The notes under the pieces: generated by a model
What the model saw: only the letters and a program-made list of their open reading frames with translations
The model's database searches: none
Told to the model about the DNA's origin: nothing
Translations under genes and position numbers: made by a program
Part shown: positions 39,951 to 54,475 of the stretch, one piece after another
Numbering within the stretch: the first letter of the stretch is position 1
How the letters are laid out: every line of letters starts with the position of its first letter
Source: Octopus vulgaris
Taxonomy: Eukaryota
Assembly: GCA_951406725.2 (NCBI GenBank)
Contig: OX597823.1
Span: 60,016,001 to 60,080,000 of the forward strand
DNA length: 64,000 nucleotides
Direction of reading: 5' to 3'

Positions 39951-40088
39951 ATTAAGCAACTGACCCTGACTGGGAAGATCTCTAAACAGATATCTGACTT
40001 GTTTTGCAGAATTTGTTGCAATTGCTACCTCCAGAGTCATATCCCAATGATGATTATATTCGTTGCAATTCGATGATTATATTCACTT

Positions 40089-40321
40089 AAGGCGGTGAGC
40101 TGGCAGAACCCTTAGCACGCCGGGCGAAATGCGTAGCCGTATTTCGTCTGCCATTACGTTCTGAGTTCAAATTCCGCCGAGGTCGACTTTGCCTTTCATC
40201 CTTTCGGGGTCGATAAATTAAGTACCAGTTACGCACTGGGATCGATCTAATCGACTTAATCTGTTTGTCTGTCCTTGTTTGTTCTCTCTATGTTTAGCCC
40301 CTTGTGGGTAGTAAAGAAATA
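40089..40321 (+). mobile_element. SINE family B, young, with 17-bp target duplication
   Basis: GATTATATTCGTTGCAA at 40052-40068 and 40322-40338. Confidence 0.92.
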
Positions 40322-40344
40322 GATTATATTCGTTGCAAAAAATA

Positions 40345-40605
40345 TCATGTAAAAAAATCACCAAAATCAAGCGCAGTAATGAAAACATAGCAATCCAAAA
40401 TTTCAGGATTGCAGGTGCAGATTCAACCCAGAATGTTTTTAATTTACTCATGGAGTTAGCCTTTACATTATAAAAACTGTTATCGCTCACAAAGTCACGT
40501 AAAAAAATTGCCAAAAACAATCACAGTAATGAAAACTTGGGAATTCAAAATTTAAGGATCGTGTGTCTAGAATGTTTTTAATTTACTCATGGAGTCAGCC
40601 TGATT
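40345..40605. repeat. Two diverged tandem ~150-bp units
   Basis: CAGTAATGAAAAC and AGAATGTTTTTAATTTACTCATGGAGT each occur twice. Confidence 0.75.
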
Positions 40606-40683
40606 CCAAAACGTTGGGCTACAGCCTCTAGGAGTAAAGCTGAAAATGTGTGGTGCACTGACACACTGACATGCATATCTATT

Positions 40684-40840
40684 CATCCTCATCATCGTTT
40701 AACATCTGTTTTCCATGCTAGCGTGGGTTGGACGGTTCGACCAGGGTCTGGGAAGCCAGGAGGCTGCACCAGGCTCCAGTCTGATCTGGCAGTGTTACTA
40801 CAGCTGGATGCCCTTCCTAACACCAACCATTCCATGAGTG
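40684..40840 (-). mobile_element. Retroposon family D 3' end
   Basis: Reverse complement of 23270-23427. Confidence 0.82.
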
Positions 40841-40861
40841 TGTGTTATATTATATTATATT

Positions 40862-41082
40862 AAGGTGGTGAACTGGCAGAATCGTTAGCACACCAGGTGA
40901 AATGCTTAGTAGAGTTTCGTCTGCCATTAATTAGGTTTTGAGTTCAAATTCCACCGAAGTTGACTTTGTCTTTCATCCTCTTGGGGGTCAATAAAATTAG
41001 TACCAGTTATATACTGGTATCAATGTAATCAACTTAATTCTTTCCCCAAAAAATATGAGGCTTGTGCTTCCAGTAGAAAGGA
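40862..41082 (+). mobile_element. SINE family B
   Basis: Head and core. Confidence 0.85.
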
Positions 41083-42550
41083 TTTATTTAAGTTGGAAAA
41101 GCATGACACACTGAGATTCACCTTTTTTATATTAGATATGTTTAATTTTGGGGAGACTTTATTTCAATTAAAATGTATTTTATATATGTATGTGTGTGTG
41201 TGTGTATGTATATATATGTATTAAAGAAAGCAAACAAATAAAACAAAAATGACAGTGTTCAGTATGTTGGTAACAGGATATTTTTATGGAAGAGACATGG
41301 TTAAGCAAAGCTGTACACCATCTCCCTCTTTCTCTCACATACCCACTCTTTCTCACTCTTGTTATTACTCCCACTGCCACCATCAACACTACTACTTTTA
41401 ATAAAACATCATCAACTCTCCCTAAATATCTTTGTTTCTCTTTCTCTCCCTCTCTTTTTCTTTCTCTCTCTGTTTGTCTTCGCCCCCACTCTCACCATCT
41501 CTATGCCTACTATTACTCTCACTCCATCATGAGGAATAGTAGGAGTGTCATTGAATAGTGACACATTGACATACAGAAATTAGTTTTCGCATTTATTATA
41601 TTAAAAGTAATTTATCCATGTACACATACATACTGCTCTATCTTATATGCTGTATACGATTTGTAACTCTCAGTACATGTTAACTGTCTATAGATTATAT
41701 ATTCTATGCTACTGTACAGGTACTTTTTACTATTCAATATTCTATTTTCATTAGTGAAACTCTGTGTCTGCCCTCTCTGCCTATTTTCTTAGGCCATCAT
41801 GATTATCTTCCTTCATTCCCTATCTCAATTCAATTGGTTTTTCCCCTTACAATTGTTAGCTCTCCTCAAAGTTTATTAGTTTCTTTACACTTTTTATCTA
41901 ATTCCTCCATTTTAACTTATTTTGTCCATCACCCCACCATCTCTGCCTCTTCGGTTCTCACCTAATTCAACTGACCTGGCCTTTACTATTTCCTTCCTAC
42001 TCCACTTACCTGGCCCTTGCTGCAAACTCATACTAATATTCATCTTCATTTTATTTCCTCCCGCATCACTCATCTCCCACACTACTCACAGCATACAGGT
42101 TCACTCATCTCTTTCTCCCCCAAATCCACCATTCTGCATTATCACTCTTTCATTTCAATTCTCAGTTTTCTTTTCACAAACCATAATGGCTTGCATTTTC
42201 TTTCTCTCTAAAGAAAACAAATTAACTCACTGTAATTTACTAACTCCATTGAACATCTAAAAAGCATGGGCATGAACTTGGTATTCCTTTATTAAATGTT
42301 ATATATGTTTCTTTAGTCAATAATTGATTAATGTCACACTATAAATGCAGTTTCTACATGCAACATATAAGTGCAGTATATATAATCACGCTGAACATGT
42401 CCTCAAATAGAGTCGCCCACTAAGCACATCCATTTCCACTAACATATGTATGTATATATGTGTGTACATATGCGATTATGCCTGTATGGTTAGTCTACAC
42501 TACTCTGTGAGGAGTATAGGGCCAATTTCCTGGCATATATATATACATAT

Positions 42551-42735
42551 ATCATCATCATCATCATCATCATCATCATTTAACATCCGTTGTCCATGCT
42601 GGCATAGGTTGGACAATTTGACCATGGCTGGTAAGCTGGAAGGCTGCACCAGACTCCGGTCTGATTTGGCATGGTCTTCTACAGTTGGATGTCCTTCCTA
42701 ACACCAACCACTCTGAGAGTGTAATGGGTGCATTT
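42551..42735 (-). mobile_element. Retroposon family D 3' end
   Basis: (CAT)n followed by the reverse complement of the D body. Confidence 0.8.
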
Positions 42736-42749
42736 TATATATATATGTA

Positions 42750-43617
42750 TAGGCTGTGGTGAATAAATTGTTGTCTAAATTACGCAAAAATGAAAATAAC
42801 ACTGACATCTCATTTTAACAGGAATATTTACCAAAATTACTTAAGATATCTTGAAATACAAAAGAGTAAATTCATTCAATAAAATCGCCATTGGCTTCAA
42901 CCACATCCTCCAGACGACTTCTGAATCACCTGCAACTCTTCTGGACAGTCTCCTCACTTAAGTGAGTGAACGATGCCATAATCCTTGCCTTCACTTCATC
43001 TCTGGTGCTACAATGTGTTTTGTTGATCTCTCGCTCAACTGCACTCCACGCAATAATCAAGGGGGTTGCAATCTGTGGAGTTAGATGGACAGACGTTAGG
43101 GGTAATGTAGTCACAGAGATTGTCTGGCAGCTATGACTGGGTTCTCCTGCTTGTGTGGCATAGTGCAGAGTTGTGTGGCCAGAAATAGGGTCTTCCAGCA
43201 GCCAACCCCTTGACCCAGAGCTGCACTACCTCTTCAAAGCATTTGATGCAGGCCTTCATGATGAGTCGGAGGCCATGTAGGAAGATGAATAGCGGCATAA
43301 CGTCGCCATCACTAGTGATCACTCAAAATATCCTGATGCTGATAGATGTTTGATTTTTATCACTCTCCGTACATGTCCACAGATTGACATACAAATGCTC
43401 TGAAATGTTCGTATTGGAGCTTCCGACATGAATGCCAAGCAGTCTAGGATGTTGTTTCCAAATTTCTGGCAAAATGAATCGTGTCATGGTGCTGTTTTTC
43501 TCACAGACAGTGCCCAACTGACCCTACTATACTCTGTAGTCAACAAAACCGAAAACAAACAATGTGCATGCATGAATTAAAAATATAACATGGCAACAAT
43601 TTACATATCGCACCCTG
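42750..43617 (-). mobile_element. Tc1/mariner-superfamily relic (DD37D/maT-like), internally deleted
   Basis: Degenerate TIRs (CAGGGTGCG..TAAATTGTTG), TA flanks; ITSDGDVMP, GRPYFW.HNSALCHTS, NSTDCNPLDY, RSRLEDVVEANGDFIE. Confidence 0.85.
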
Positions 43618-43681
43618 TATGTGTGTGTGTTTGTGTTTGTGTGTGTGTGTGTGTGCGCGTGTGTGTGCATGTGTGTTTGTG

Positions 43682-43714
<33 letters not shown>

Positions 43715-44831
43715 ATGTATTCCTCATAGGACAGAATGCCAGGCTGTTACAAGATTACTCATTTTTAACAGTATTCTCAGCATATAAAACTATTTGTAGT
43801 GTTTTAATACATGCATTGTGTCCTTTAAATGAATAATATTTATCTCTCATCAGAGGGAGTACTTTTCTTGTTGAATTTTCTATTACAGAACAGTACATTT
43901 GATATATATATATATGTATGTATATATATATAAATACACACACACATGTTTTTCAGATCCACTCACAAAATTTTGGTTGGCCAGTGGCTAAGGCAGAAAG
44001 TAGTTGCTCAAGGTATTATGTTCTGGAACTGAACCTAGAACCATGTGGTTGAAAAGAAAATTTCTTACTGCACAAGCATGCCTCCCCCTAATAGAGAAAT
44101 GTTGATGATAAAGTCTACTGAGTGCAAACAAATCCACTACAATCTTTTATAACAAGAGAGTCAAGACTCTTGAAAAGTTTGCAAGACGCAACAAAAATTT
44201 TAGGAAAATAAAAGTAAGAAATAAGTGAAAATTTTACCGGTGAGTGTGTTATATTATAAGGCACAAAAAGAAAATGGCTCTCCCCAGACACAACTTTTAT
44301 AATAAGCCCTCATGATAAGAATGTTGGAAGGAAGATTGAATATGAGTGAATCATTACACAGGCAACATTATAAAGTGAATAGGAGAGAGACTGTGTATCA
44401 GAGATATAAAAAGATCAGAGAGGTACAAATACCATTTCTAGTTACATGGTTTAGGAGAGATTCATTGACAGGCAGCAAAGCATAGTGAAGAGAAGAGGGA
44501 GTAGATGATAGAGATGAGTGACAGAAAGAGGAGACGATATTGAAGAACTGAGGAAGGGAGCAGATATGGACTTACTTAACAAGGACTCGAGTGCAGAGCA
44601 GGTTATTTCTCCTAGTGTCTATTTCTGCCATCCTTTTAATATCTGTTTCATGATTTTTGCATGAGAGGGGGAGCAGTAGTGGTGGTGTTGTTAGACAGGA
44701 GGCTTCTCTTGCAATGTGTGGTTGCCAATCATTACAGTTTTTGTCGTCTTCTGGTAAAGAAGAGTGATCCCGAGATCAACCTTCACTACTTACTCTCACA
44801 TTGTTCATCTCCCACATTGCATTTTCCCCTT

Positions 44832-44870
<39 letters not shown>

Positions 44871-45819
44871 CTCTCACTTTCTCTTTCTATACATACCACT
44901 CTACTCTTACTTTTTTTGCAAATATAGTATTATACACATGACACACACACACATACACATACGAGAAAAAGAAGGAAGAGAGATGTAAAGATGTACACAT
45001 ACCATATATTCTCTAGCATTCAAAAGGATGTACTCAAACAGAAGATACATAAATACATACAATAGCAAACACTATATATATGTATGCTCATGTATATACA
45101 TTATTTCATAGTATACCCATATGTAAACATACTGAACACAAGAGATTTATCATTGTTTAAATATGAGGTTTAAATATAGTCTAAAAATCGAATAATTCAA
45201 GTTCAAAGGTCCAGCTTAAATTTTTGAATACATAAAGTGCTCTCTATATGTGTGTGTATGTACATATGTATATGTGTATACACACATATATATTACGTAT
45301 GTTGGCATAAATGTATGTCCATGCCTCTGTGTGTATGGTCAATGTATAATCACTCACATAGACAAACAATATATGCATATTTATATATATATATATATAT
45401 ATATATAGTGAGAGAGAGACAGACAGACAGAAAGACATGCATATACATATGCACGTATATACACATACACTTAGACACATAATTTAATCAAATCCAGCCA
45501 ATTTTTGTTCCTGTCTAATCAATTTATAACAGTTTATGGTTGTACAGAGTATAAAAGAGCAGCATTTTTATTCTACATATGTATGTGAGTTTGTGAATGT
45601 GTCTGTGTATGTATAAGGTTGTCTTTGTGTATCTATGTGTGTATGTGTTTTTAATAGAACTAATATAGCCTAAACTAAAAACTAGTGCAATTTTAAAAAA
45701 CTCATAACATGGTCACAAAAACACAAAAATTCAAATGTATTCGTAATGCCATAGATATGATTAAAACAACCAAGAGCCAAATTATGATCATCAAAACTCA
45801 AACTATACAACTACTTTAT

Positions 45820-46080
45820 GCTTTATCTTTTATCTTTTACTTGTGTCACTCATTGGACTGCAGCCATGCTGAGGCACTGTTTTGAAGAATGTTTCGTTAA
45901 ATGATTTTAACCCCAGTACTTATCTACTTTCCTATTTTGTTAAGCCTGGCACTCTATTCTATCAGACTCTTTTGCCAAATTGCTAAGTTATGCAGATGTA
46001 AACCAACCAACACCAGTTGTCAAGTTGTCAAGTTGGTGGTGGTGGTGGTGGACAAACACAGACACAAAGACACGCACACA
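45820..46080 (-). mobile_element. SINE family A, 3' half, old
   Basis: Diverged reverse complement. Confidence 0.7.
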
Positions 46081-46192
46081 CATATCTATTTATCTCTCTC
46101 TCTCTCTCTTCTATATATATGTATCACTATTTTCCTCTAGTTCTGGTCTAATGTCCCTCCATGTTTGTTTTTGTTTTTGTTTGGTTTCCTTG

Positions 46193-46623
46193 TATGTCTC
46201 TACTGTTATGTTTTTTTTTTCCCAACTTTGACCCTTCATAAATCCTAAATTTTATTTCAGAATTTATGAAAGCAACTGTCTTTGAAGACTCATATTGTCA
46301 TTAAATGCTTGAAATTAGGAGTAGATAAAAACCTCACAGCTGTTTCAGGGATATAAAAGATATCTCATCATCAGAGATGATATGAGAGAGTTTCAATAGA
46401 AGAAAATAGTAGGGTTCATTATGTAAGAAGTTACTTTGGAAAGGGAGAAATACAGGAAGTATAAAGGGAAACATGAGAATAAAAATATATGTTCCATGCT
46501 AGAGTTGCTATATATATATATAGACAGTTGCTTCCATAAATTCTAAAAATAAATTCTAAAATAAAATTTAGGATTTATGGAAGGTCAAAGCTGGGAACAA
46601 AAATATGACAGTGAAGACATACA
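46193..46623. mobile_element. PLE-like terminal fragment: ~90-bp inverted repeats enclosing a degenerate hammerhead (46331-46377, minus)
   Basis: 46193-46281 pairs with 46522-46623; minus tct-CTGATGA-tgagatat..atatccct-GAAA-cagctgt. Confidence 0.6.
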
Positions 46624-47025
46624 TATATATATATATATATATATATGTATATTTCACCTATGCCAGCATGGAAGGTAGACATTAAACAAAGATATTAAGG
46701 AAAATGAAGAATTTGAACATTCAAATTTTATGTGTATTTCCAGTGAGTTTATTCATAACAATTGTCCAATGTGTTTCAATTGCACCAACTGCATATTGTT
46801 GAATATTCATTTGCTGCAATTTATGCATTATAAGTATGATCTCTTCAGGGTATAAAAGTATGACACTGTTCAAAGAGGAATTTTTCTCCACTATCGCTAT
46901 CAGTTTGAATTAGACTTGGTAGTAGTAGTAAATGCACTAGTAGTAGTAGTAAATACACCATCTGAAGGAATCAGCATGGGCATCTTACTCAGAGAAATTC
47001 AGTATCTGCCTGGATATTGTATCCC

Positions 47026-47240
47026 TCTTTCAACTAAAGGCACAAGGCTTGATATTTTGCGGGAGGGGACTAGTCAATTACATCCATCCCAGTGATTCAC
47101 TGGTACTTAATTTATCAACCCCGAAAGGATGAAAGGCAAAGCTGACTTCAGCTGGATTTGAATTCAGAACGTAGCAATGGGCAAAATACCACTAAGCATT
47201 TTATCCAGCATGCTAACAGCTGTGCCAGCTTGCCACCTTA
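47026..47240 (-). mobile_element. SINE family B
   Basis: Reverse complement of head and core. Confidence 0.85.
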
Positions 47241-47261
47241 ATAATAATAATAAAAATAATA

Positions 47262-47740
47262 ATTGTTTTGTCTTGGTATAAAAGATGGGCTACAGCAAAT
47301 ATTCTGCTCAATACCACAGATTTGCTTGTCAGTTGTTTGACCTTAACCAGTTGAGCATGTCCCTTAGTGGCTGATGATATGTGCATCTCTGGCCATGAGC
47401 AGGAGTAGTGGGGGAGCATCATAGCCATGTGTTGAGAGGAATTGTTTGGGGTCTCTCGAAACATGGGTGCTTCATTTAACATCCTTAAATAACCCTTATT
47501 CAGGGACCTTTTGAGCAGGATGGGTTACTCAGCCAGAAGAAAATTCTAACTGGACCCCAACCTACAAGGTCATGTGCTACTTATCTTGATATGAGATCAC
47601 CATGTTGTGCACATATGGCTGTGAGGCATGTGCCTAGTGTACCCTTATCAGACGGGTAGTTATGATGGGTATACTGGGCTTCGTATATTTTACCCCAGTG
47701 TCACTTTGATAGTATGCACTGCTCTTTCATTCAATAATAA
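47262..47740 (+). mobile_element. 3' end of an unclassified non-LTR retrotransposon with (AAT)n tail
   Basis: GC-richer island, short ORF end KRWATANILLNTTDLLVSCLTLTS*, long 3' UTR ending CAATAATAAT; located next to an (AAT)n tract. Confidence 0.5.
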
Positions 47741-48682
47741 TTTTATTGAGATTAGAATATGAATAGGATATTGATTCATCAGTGAGAAGACAACATATCT
47801 GATATTGCACCAAGGTCCAATATGTTTTTGTTTGTCCTCATCTTCTTGAGCACTTTTCAGGCCTGGGTATGCAGGTGTAGTCCCTGGAATTTTTCGGAGG
47901 GAGGGCACAAGGTCAGAAGGAATACAATTCCAGGAGAAAAGGGCATAATAACATTACTTAGATGAGTGCACTTCTTTTTTTGAGGGGTAGACATGCCTCT
48001 CAGACATTCACAAGGCCCTGGTTCGCCCCTGTATGAATTTAAACTGCATTTGGTAGTGGGGCCCCTGATTCAGGATTTCCAGGGTTTTAAGGAGTGTGAA
48101 AACACCTCTTACCCACTATTGTTCCCTGTTCAACTCTGACCTGGGGTAGTTGGGACTGTCAACCCAGCAGTTCAGCAACAGACAGATAGAATATGTAGCA
48201 GGCTTAATTAAAAAATTTTTTTTTTTATATTGGGGACATTTTGTTCGACTTAACCCTTCAGGGTGATGCCCCAGCATGGCCACGGTCTAATGACTGGAAC
48301 AAATGGAAGATAAAAGATTCTCCCACCACCTCAAAAATTGTCTGAAGCACCTAAAGAAAAAACCAAAGATTCTAGTGCAAATCCAAAGACACAATTTTCA
48401 GCTCAGACCATGTTTCAGAGGGGATAATGTGAAACCGATAATCTCTATGGTGTTTGATGGAATGGCTGACAGCTGAAGAACATGAACCAAGATCTGCTGA
48501 CTCGATAATATAAGAACTAACCATTAGCTGTATTGATTCTATCATTCTTCACTAAATTTGATCTTGTATTGATTATAGATGATTTGCCAATTGTCTGTCA
48601 GCAGTCAAACAAGAGTATACAATATAAATCCATTGGTAGATAAGTATATTTTTGTTGTTTGTTGTATAGGTTTGCTTTAATT

Positions 48683-49262
<580 letters not shown>

Positions 49263-49734
49263 TTGGAAACCAATAATGTAAACTAGAGATTATTTTCTGT
49301 AATGAAGTACATCTTATCTATTATAAAAAAAAAACAATAAAAAAAACAGGATTATAGGATGAGTGAATGAACCAGTTGTTACAACTAACAAAAACTGCAG
49401 CCAAAATCACCATCAAATCTCACCCTTCCATCTTAAAAAATAAAAATTAAAAAAATTAGACAAATTGTGCTGAATAATGTAACCCAGAAGACGCTATATT
49501 TGAATAAAAGATACAATGGTCTTGGTGGAACACATTTGATCATTAACCTGCTCCATCAGGACCGACGAAAGTTTAATCAACAACAACCATATGCACTGGT
49601 AAATTGGGAAACGTATACCGATGCCGAACCAATAAAATGTCAATACAACATATGACATTATACATATATCGGAAAATGCAGATGTATTTCAATATATGTC
49701 AATTACATTTCTTCATATATACATCTATATATAT

Positions 49735-49831
<97 letters not shown>

Positions 49832-49913
49832 TTGATATATAGATTTACATGCACAAACACACATATGTATGTACATGTATATGTGTATATATATATATAT
49901 ATTTATATATATA

Positions 49914-50296
49914 CTAGCAGTATCGCCCGGCGTTGCTCGGGTTTGTAAGGGAAATAACTATAAAGCATTTTTAGAGAGTTATAGCCAAAAAAACAGCAAA
50001 AAAATGGAAAAAAATGATGGTAATTTTTTTTTTAGTTAAAAAAGGTGGAGTTGCGTCCCCTAGACAGTTTGCGGTTTGTGTTTCTAATTCTCGACCCCAT
50101 GTCGAATTTATCGATTTTTTTCAGAATTGGGGGAACTTTTCAAAAATTTCGCTGCGTTAGTTTTGAATTATGACATTGGGCTATGTGTGTGTCAAGTTTC
50201 ATCAGAATCGGTTGAAAGCCGTGGTCAGGGTGAGGGTACGAGCAAACAGACACACAGAAACACGCACAGACAAACTGCCGTTTATATATAGAGAGA
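49914..50296 (-). mobile_element. Non-autonomous Helitron
   Basis: Minus: 5'-TC start after A, subterminal hairpin CCCGAGCAACGCCGGG, 3'-CTAG followed by T. Confidence 0.88.
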
Positions 50297-50521
50297 TATA
50301 TTTAAACAGTTTACGATATGATAAATTTAGATTCAATTTAACACATTTTTATGCATAATGCTGACAAATTTCAATACATTTCATTGCAGATCATTTGGCA
50401 AATAGAGATTCAAGTGAATATATGCCTCTATACACACACAGGAATATTTTGCTACATACCAATGAATGCCATTATATACACATTGGCTAATATAAACATC
50501 TGTTAATTGATACATATATGA

Positions 50522-50737
50522 AAGGTGGCGAGTAGGTAGAATTGTTAGCATGCTGAGCTAAATGCTTTGTGGTCTTTCATTCCTCTTTATGCTCTGGGTC
50601 CAAATTTCATGGAGCTCAACTTTGCCTTTCGTCCTTTCGGAGGTCAAGAAAATAAGTACCTGTTGAACTCTATGGTTGATGTAATCAACTTACCCACTCC
50701 ATTAAAATTTCTGGTCATGTGCCAAAATTTGAAATCA
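50522..50737 (+). mobile_element. SINE family B, old-type tail
   Basis: Diverged head and core. Confidence 0.78.
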
Positions 50738-50919
50738 ATTATACATACATAGCTTAGTGTAAACAGCTGTCAGTTATACTTACGTTGACTGGTATAAACA
50801 CCTGTCAATTGTACATGACCTTGTCACATGATACAAAGGAAACATTGATGAGGCTTTCCTCAGGAAAGGCAGAAAACACAGTCAATTGTTTGAACTCTGT
50901 GAAAACAACGGCATATTTT

Positions 50920-51330
50920 TATTTCTTTATTGCACACAGGGTACTAAACATAGAGAGGACAATCAAGGACAGACAAAGGGATTAAGTCGACTACATTGAC
51001 TCTAGTGCATAACTGGAACTTTATTTATCGACCCCGAAAGGATGAAAGGCACAGTTGACCTTGATGATCAATGAAATGTCACTAAACATTTTGCTAATCG
51101 TGCTAACAATTCTTATTTCTTTATTGCCTGCAAGGGGCTAAACATAGAGGGGACAAACAAGGACAGACAAAGGGATTAAGTCAATTGCATTAACCCTAGT
51201 GTGTGACAGGTACTTATTTAATCGACCCCAAAAGGATGAAGGGCAAAGATGATCTCGGTGGAATTTGAACTCAGAATGTAATGGCAGACTAAATTCCACT
51301 AAGCATTTCACTAGTGATTTTGTCAGCCCA
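50920..51330 (-). mobile_element. SINE family B dimer, Tx1-type tails
   Basis: Two cores joined at AATAAAGAAATA|AGAATTGTTAGC. Confidence 0.85.
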
Positions 51331-51544
51331 CCAATTCTGCTGTATTGCCTTCCTGTTGAGCTAGGTGTTTGAGGATTTGTTGGAACCAGGGCTCACTCAA
51401 TGCTCAGTTGTCTTGGACAAGCTACAGAGGAGATAAAAGACATTGCCAGAAAATTGCCAGAAGCCACTGAAAAGAGCAAGCCATTACATTTGGTTTAACT
51501 CTTTAGCATTCAGATTATCCTGTCAAATGCAATGCCTATTTAAC

Positions 51545-51888
51545 TTGCTTACAAACCACATGGTTCCAGGTTCAGACCCACTGCGTGGCACATTGGGCAA
51601 GTGTCTTCTACTATAGCCTCGGGCCGACCAAAGTCTTGTGAGTGGATTTGGTAGACGGAAACATATATATGTATATGTATGTGTATGTGTGTGTGTGTTT
51701 GTATGTCTGTGTTTGTCACTCCAACAATGTCTGACAACCGATGCTGGTGTGTGTTACGTCCCCGTAACTTAGCAGTTCGGCAAAAGAGACCAATAGAGTA
51801 AGTCCTGGGGGCGATTTCCTTGACTAAAGGCAGTGGTCCAGCATGGCTGCAGTCAAATGACTGAAACAAGTAAAAGAGTAAAAGAGAG
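51545..51888 (+). mobile_element. SINE family A with internal deletions
   Basis: Core and tail. Confidence 0.88.
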
Positions 51889-51916
51889 TATCTACGTTTA
51901 TGAAGCAAATTCATTA

Positions 51917-52408
51917 AAGTCAGCTTCAGCGGAATTTGAGCTCAGGTGAAATGCCAGTGTGCTAACAATTCTTATTTCTTTATTGCCCACAAGGGGCTAA
52001 GCACAGAGGGGACAAACAAAGACAGACAAACGGATTAAGTCGATTACATCGACCCCAGTACATAACTGGTACGTAATTTATCGACCCCAAAAGAATGAAA
52101 GGCAAAGTCGACCTCGACGGAATTTTAAACTCAGAATGTAACAGCAGACGAAATACTGCTAAGCATTTCGCCCTGCATGCTAACGTTTCTTATTTTTTTT
52201 ATTGCCCACAAGGAGTTAAACATAGAGGGGACAAACAAAGACAGACAAACGGATTAAGTCGATTACATCGACCCCAGTGCGTAACTGGTACTTAATTTAT
52301 CGACCCTGAAAGGATGAAAGGCAAATTTGAACTCAGCACGTAACGTCAGACGAAATACCGCTAAGCATTTCGCCCGGAGTGCTAACAATTCTGCCAGCTC
52401 ACAGCCTT
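51917..52408 (-). mobile_element. SINE family B multimer
   Basis: Junctions tail|AGAAACGTTAGC and tail|AGAATTGTTAGC. Confidence 0.9.
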
Positions 52409-52779
52409 TATATAGTATATAATATATTACTTGTTACTTACATGACAAGCAATCAATACTTTGATATATCTAATTTTTTCTATTAAAATTCAAATTATTC
52501 GATTGATATTATAAGGTTTTTGATTCATTTTGAGTGAGTATTCTTTTTAATGAAGATGCAATGTAGTAATATACTCTTTAATATTTATTGGAATTAACAT
52601 TTATTACCTACACAATATGTAAAATATCATGGTTTTGTTATGTTCTTGTCATTTATTCGTTGCCATTTGAATTCTTAACTGTGGGGTGAGGGGAACGTGG
52701 AGGTGGGTGATGGATGTATTAAAAACAAAATAATCTAACTGATTAATTCAGAATATGAATATCATTGTTTTGAGAAAAT

Positions 52780-53372
52780 CATGATGAGGATGATGATGAT
52801 GATGGTGTGATGATGATGTAGTGATGATAAGGATGATCATAGAGATGATGATGATGACGATGATGATGATGATGACGAGGAGGAGGATGACATCAACGGC
52901 AACAATGATGATGCTGCAATACTTCTAGGAGTGAGGATGATGTGATGATGATGATGATGTGATGATGATGTAGTGATGATAAGGATGATGATAGAGGTGA
53001 TGATGATGATGATGAGGAGGAGGAGGAGGAAGATGTTGAAGATGTTGAAGAGAGGATGACATCAGCAACAATGATGATGCTGCTAGGAGTGATGATGATG
53101 ATGATGATGATGATTAAGATGATGGTAATGATGATGAAGATGTGATGATGATAGAGGTAGTGGTGGTAGTGGTGGGGTATGATGATGGTGATGATGACAC
53201 TGACGATGATGATGATAATGATACTGAAGATGTAATGATAATGATGAAGCGGATGATGACAATGAGGATGGTAGGGGTTATGAGGATGACAACAATGACA
53301 ACGGTGATGATGCCGATAAGAGTGATGATGATGATGATGAGGAGGAGGAGGAGGAGGGGAGGAGGAGGAGGA
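52780..53372. repeat. Degenerate (GAT)n/(GAG)n low-complexity tract with an internal duplication
   Basis: GTAGTGATGATAAGGATG, GAGGATGACATCA and CTAGGAGTGA each occur twice. Confidence 0.9.
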
Positions 53373-53723
53373 GGATTTGATTTTTTTTATTGTTATTCAC
53401 CTTTTCCCTTTTACTTGCTTCAGCCATTGAACTGCAGCCACACAGTGGTACCACACCTTCAAGGATTTTAATTGAATGAATCAACTCCAATTTTAAGCAC
53501 CAGCTTAATAATGGCCAAGTGATTTTACTAAATTCTTCGTAATTTTCAAAATTAATTTGAACAAATGCAATATATTTCAACAGAAGTATAGCAACAAAAA
53601 TATTAAGGTGATCTTAATTAAAGCTTCACATCAAACTTTCATGTTAATTTATATTACAAACATTAGCTTAATTATGGCCAAGTGATTTTACTAAATTTAT
53701 TGCAATTTTTAAAATTAATTTAA

Positions 53724-53943
53724 CCCATTAAATCCCACTGTCCTATGAATAGGACACTAAATGAGAACATTAAATAAGCTATATCACATTGTCTCAGTGT
53801 TCTGTTTATAGGACAACAAGTATTTCCATTTCTACTTGAAGTAAAGGAGTTTTAATAATTTTTTTTCATTTTAACCTGTTTTCAATCATTTGTAAAAATT
53901 TAAAAGTAATATTCAGAAATTTAAGCATCAGGCACTTAATGGG
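53724..53943. mobile_element. piggyBac-like MITE nested in a tandemly duplicated repeat (53500-53990)
   Basis: TTAA|CCCATTAA ... TTAATGGG|TTTA; interrupts the second copy of the ATGGCCAAGTGATTTTACTAAATT...CATTTCAACAGAA unit. Confidence 0.7.
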
Positions 53944-54018
53944 TTTAAACAAGTGCAATGCATTTCAACAGAAATGTGATAATGCAAGTTATAATCTGAC
54001 TCCTTTGATATATATATA

Positions 54019-54475
54019 CTAGCGCTATGACCTGGCATTGCAAGGTCTAGTACTAGTGCTTGTTGTTCGTTGCCGGGTCGCAGTAAAAATTTCTCACTAA
54101 ATCAAGAGCTAATTGGAGCTTTTTATGAGAGTAATTAATATTCATTGAACTTCGGTTTTCACACATGGAACGGCATAATCATAGAAAATTAGCGGGACTG
54201 TGCACATGCCATTAGTCGGACAAAAAAGGAGGCAGAAGAAAGCAAAATCTCGAATTTGGCTGCAAAATAACATATGGGCATAAGGGAGTGGTTTATCGAT
54301 TTTTTAATGGCTTTCTGGGGTGACTGGGGAAATGAAAAGATCTTCACGACCACCCTCAGACAGTTTTGAAAGCCCATAGAAAATGCAAGCCTTTTACATG
54401 AAAAAATGGGGATTTGTATAAAGGTTACACAGACACACAGATACACAGACTTATTGCCATTTACACATATATATA
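54019..54475 (-). mobile_element. Non-autonomous Helitron, second family
   Basis: Minus 3' end hairpin GACCTTGCAATGCCAGGTC followed by CTAG|T; 5' end decayed. Confidence 0.7.
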
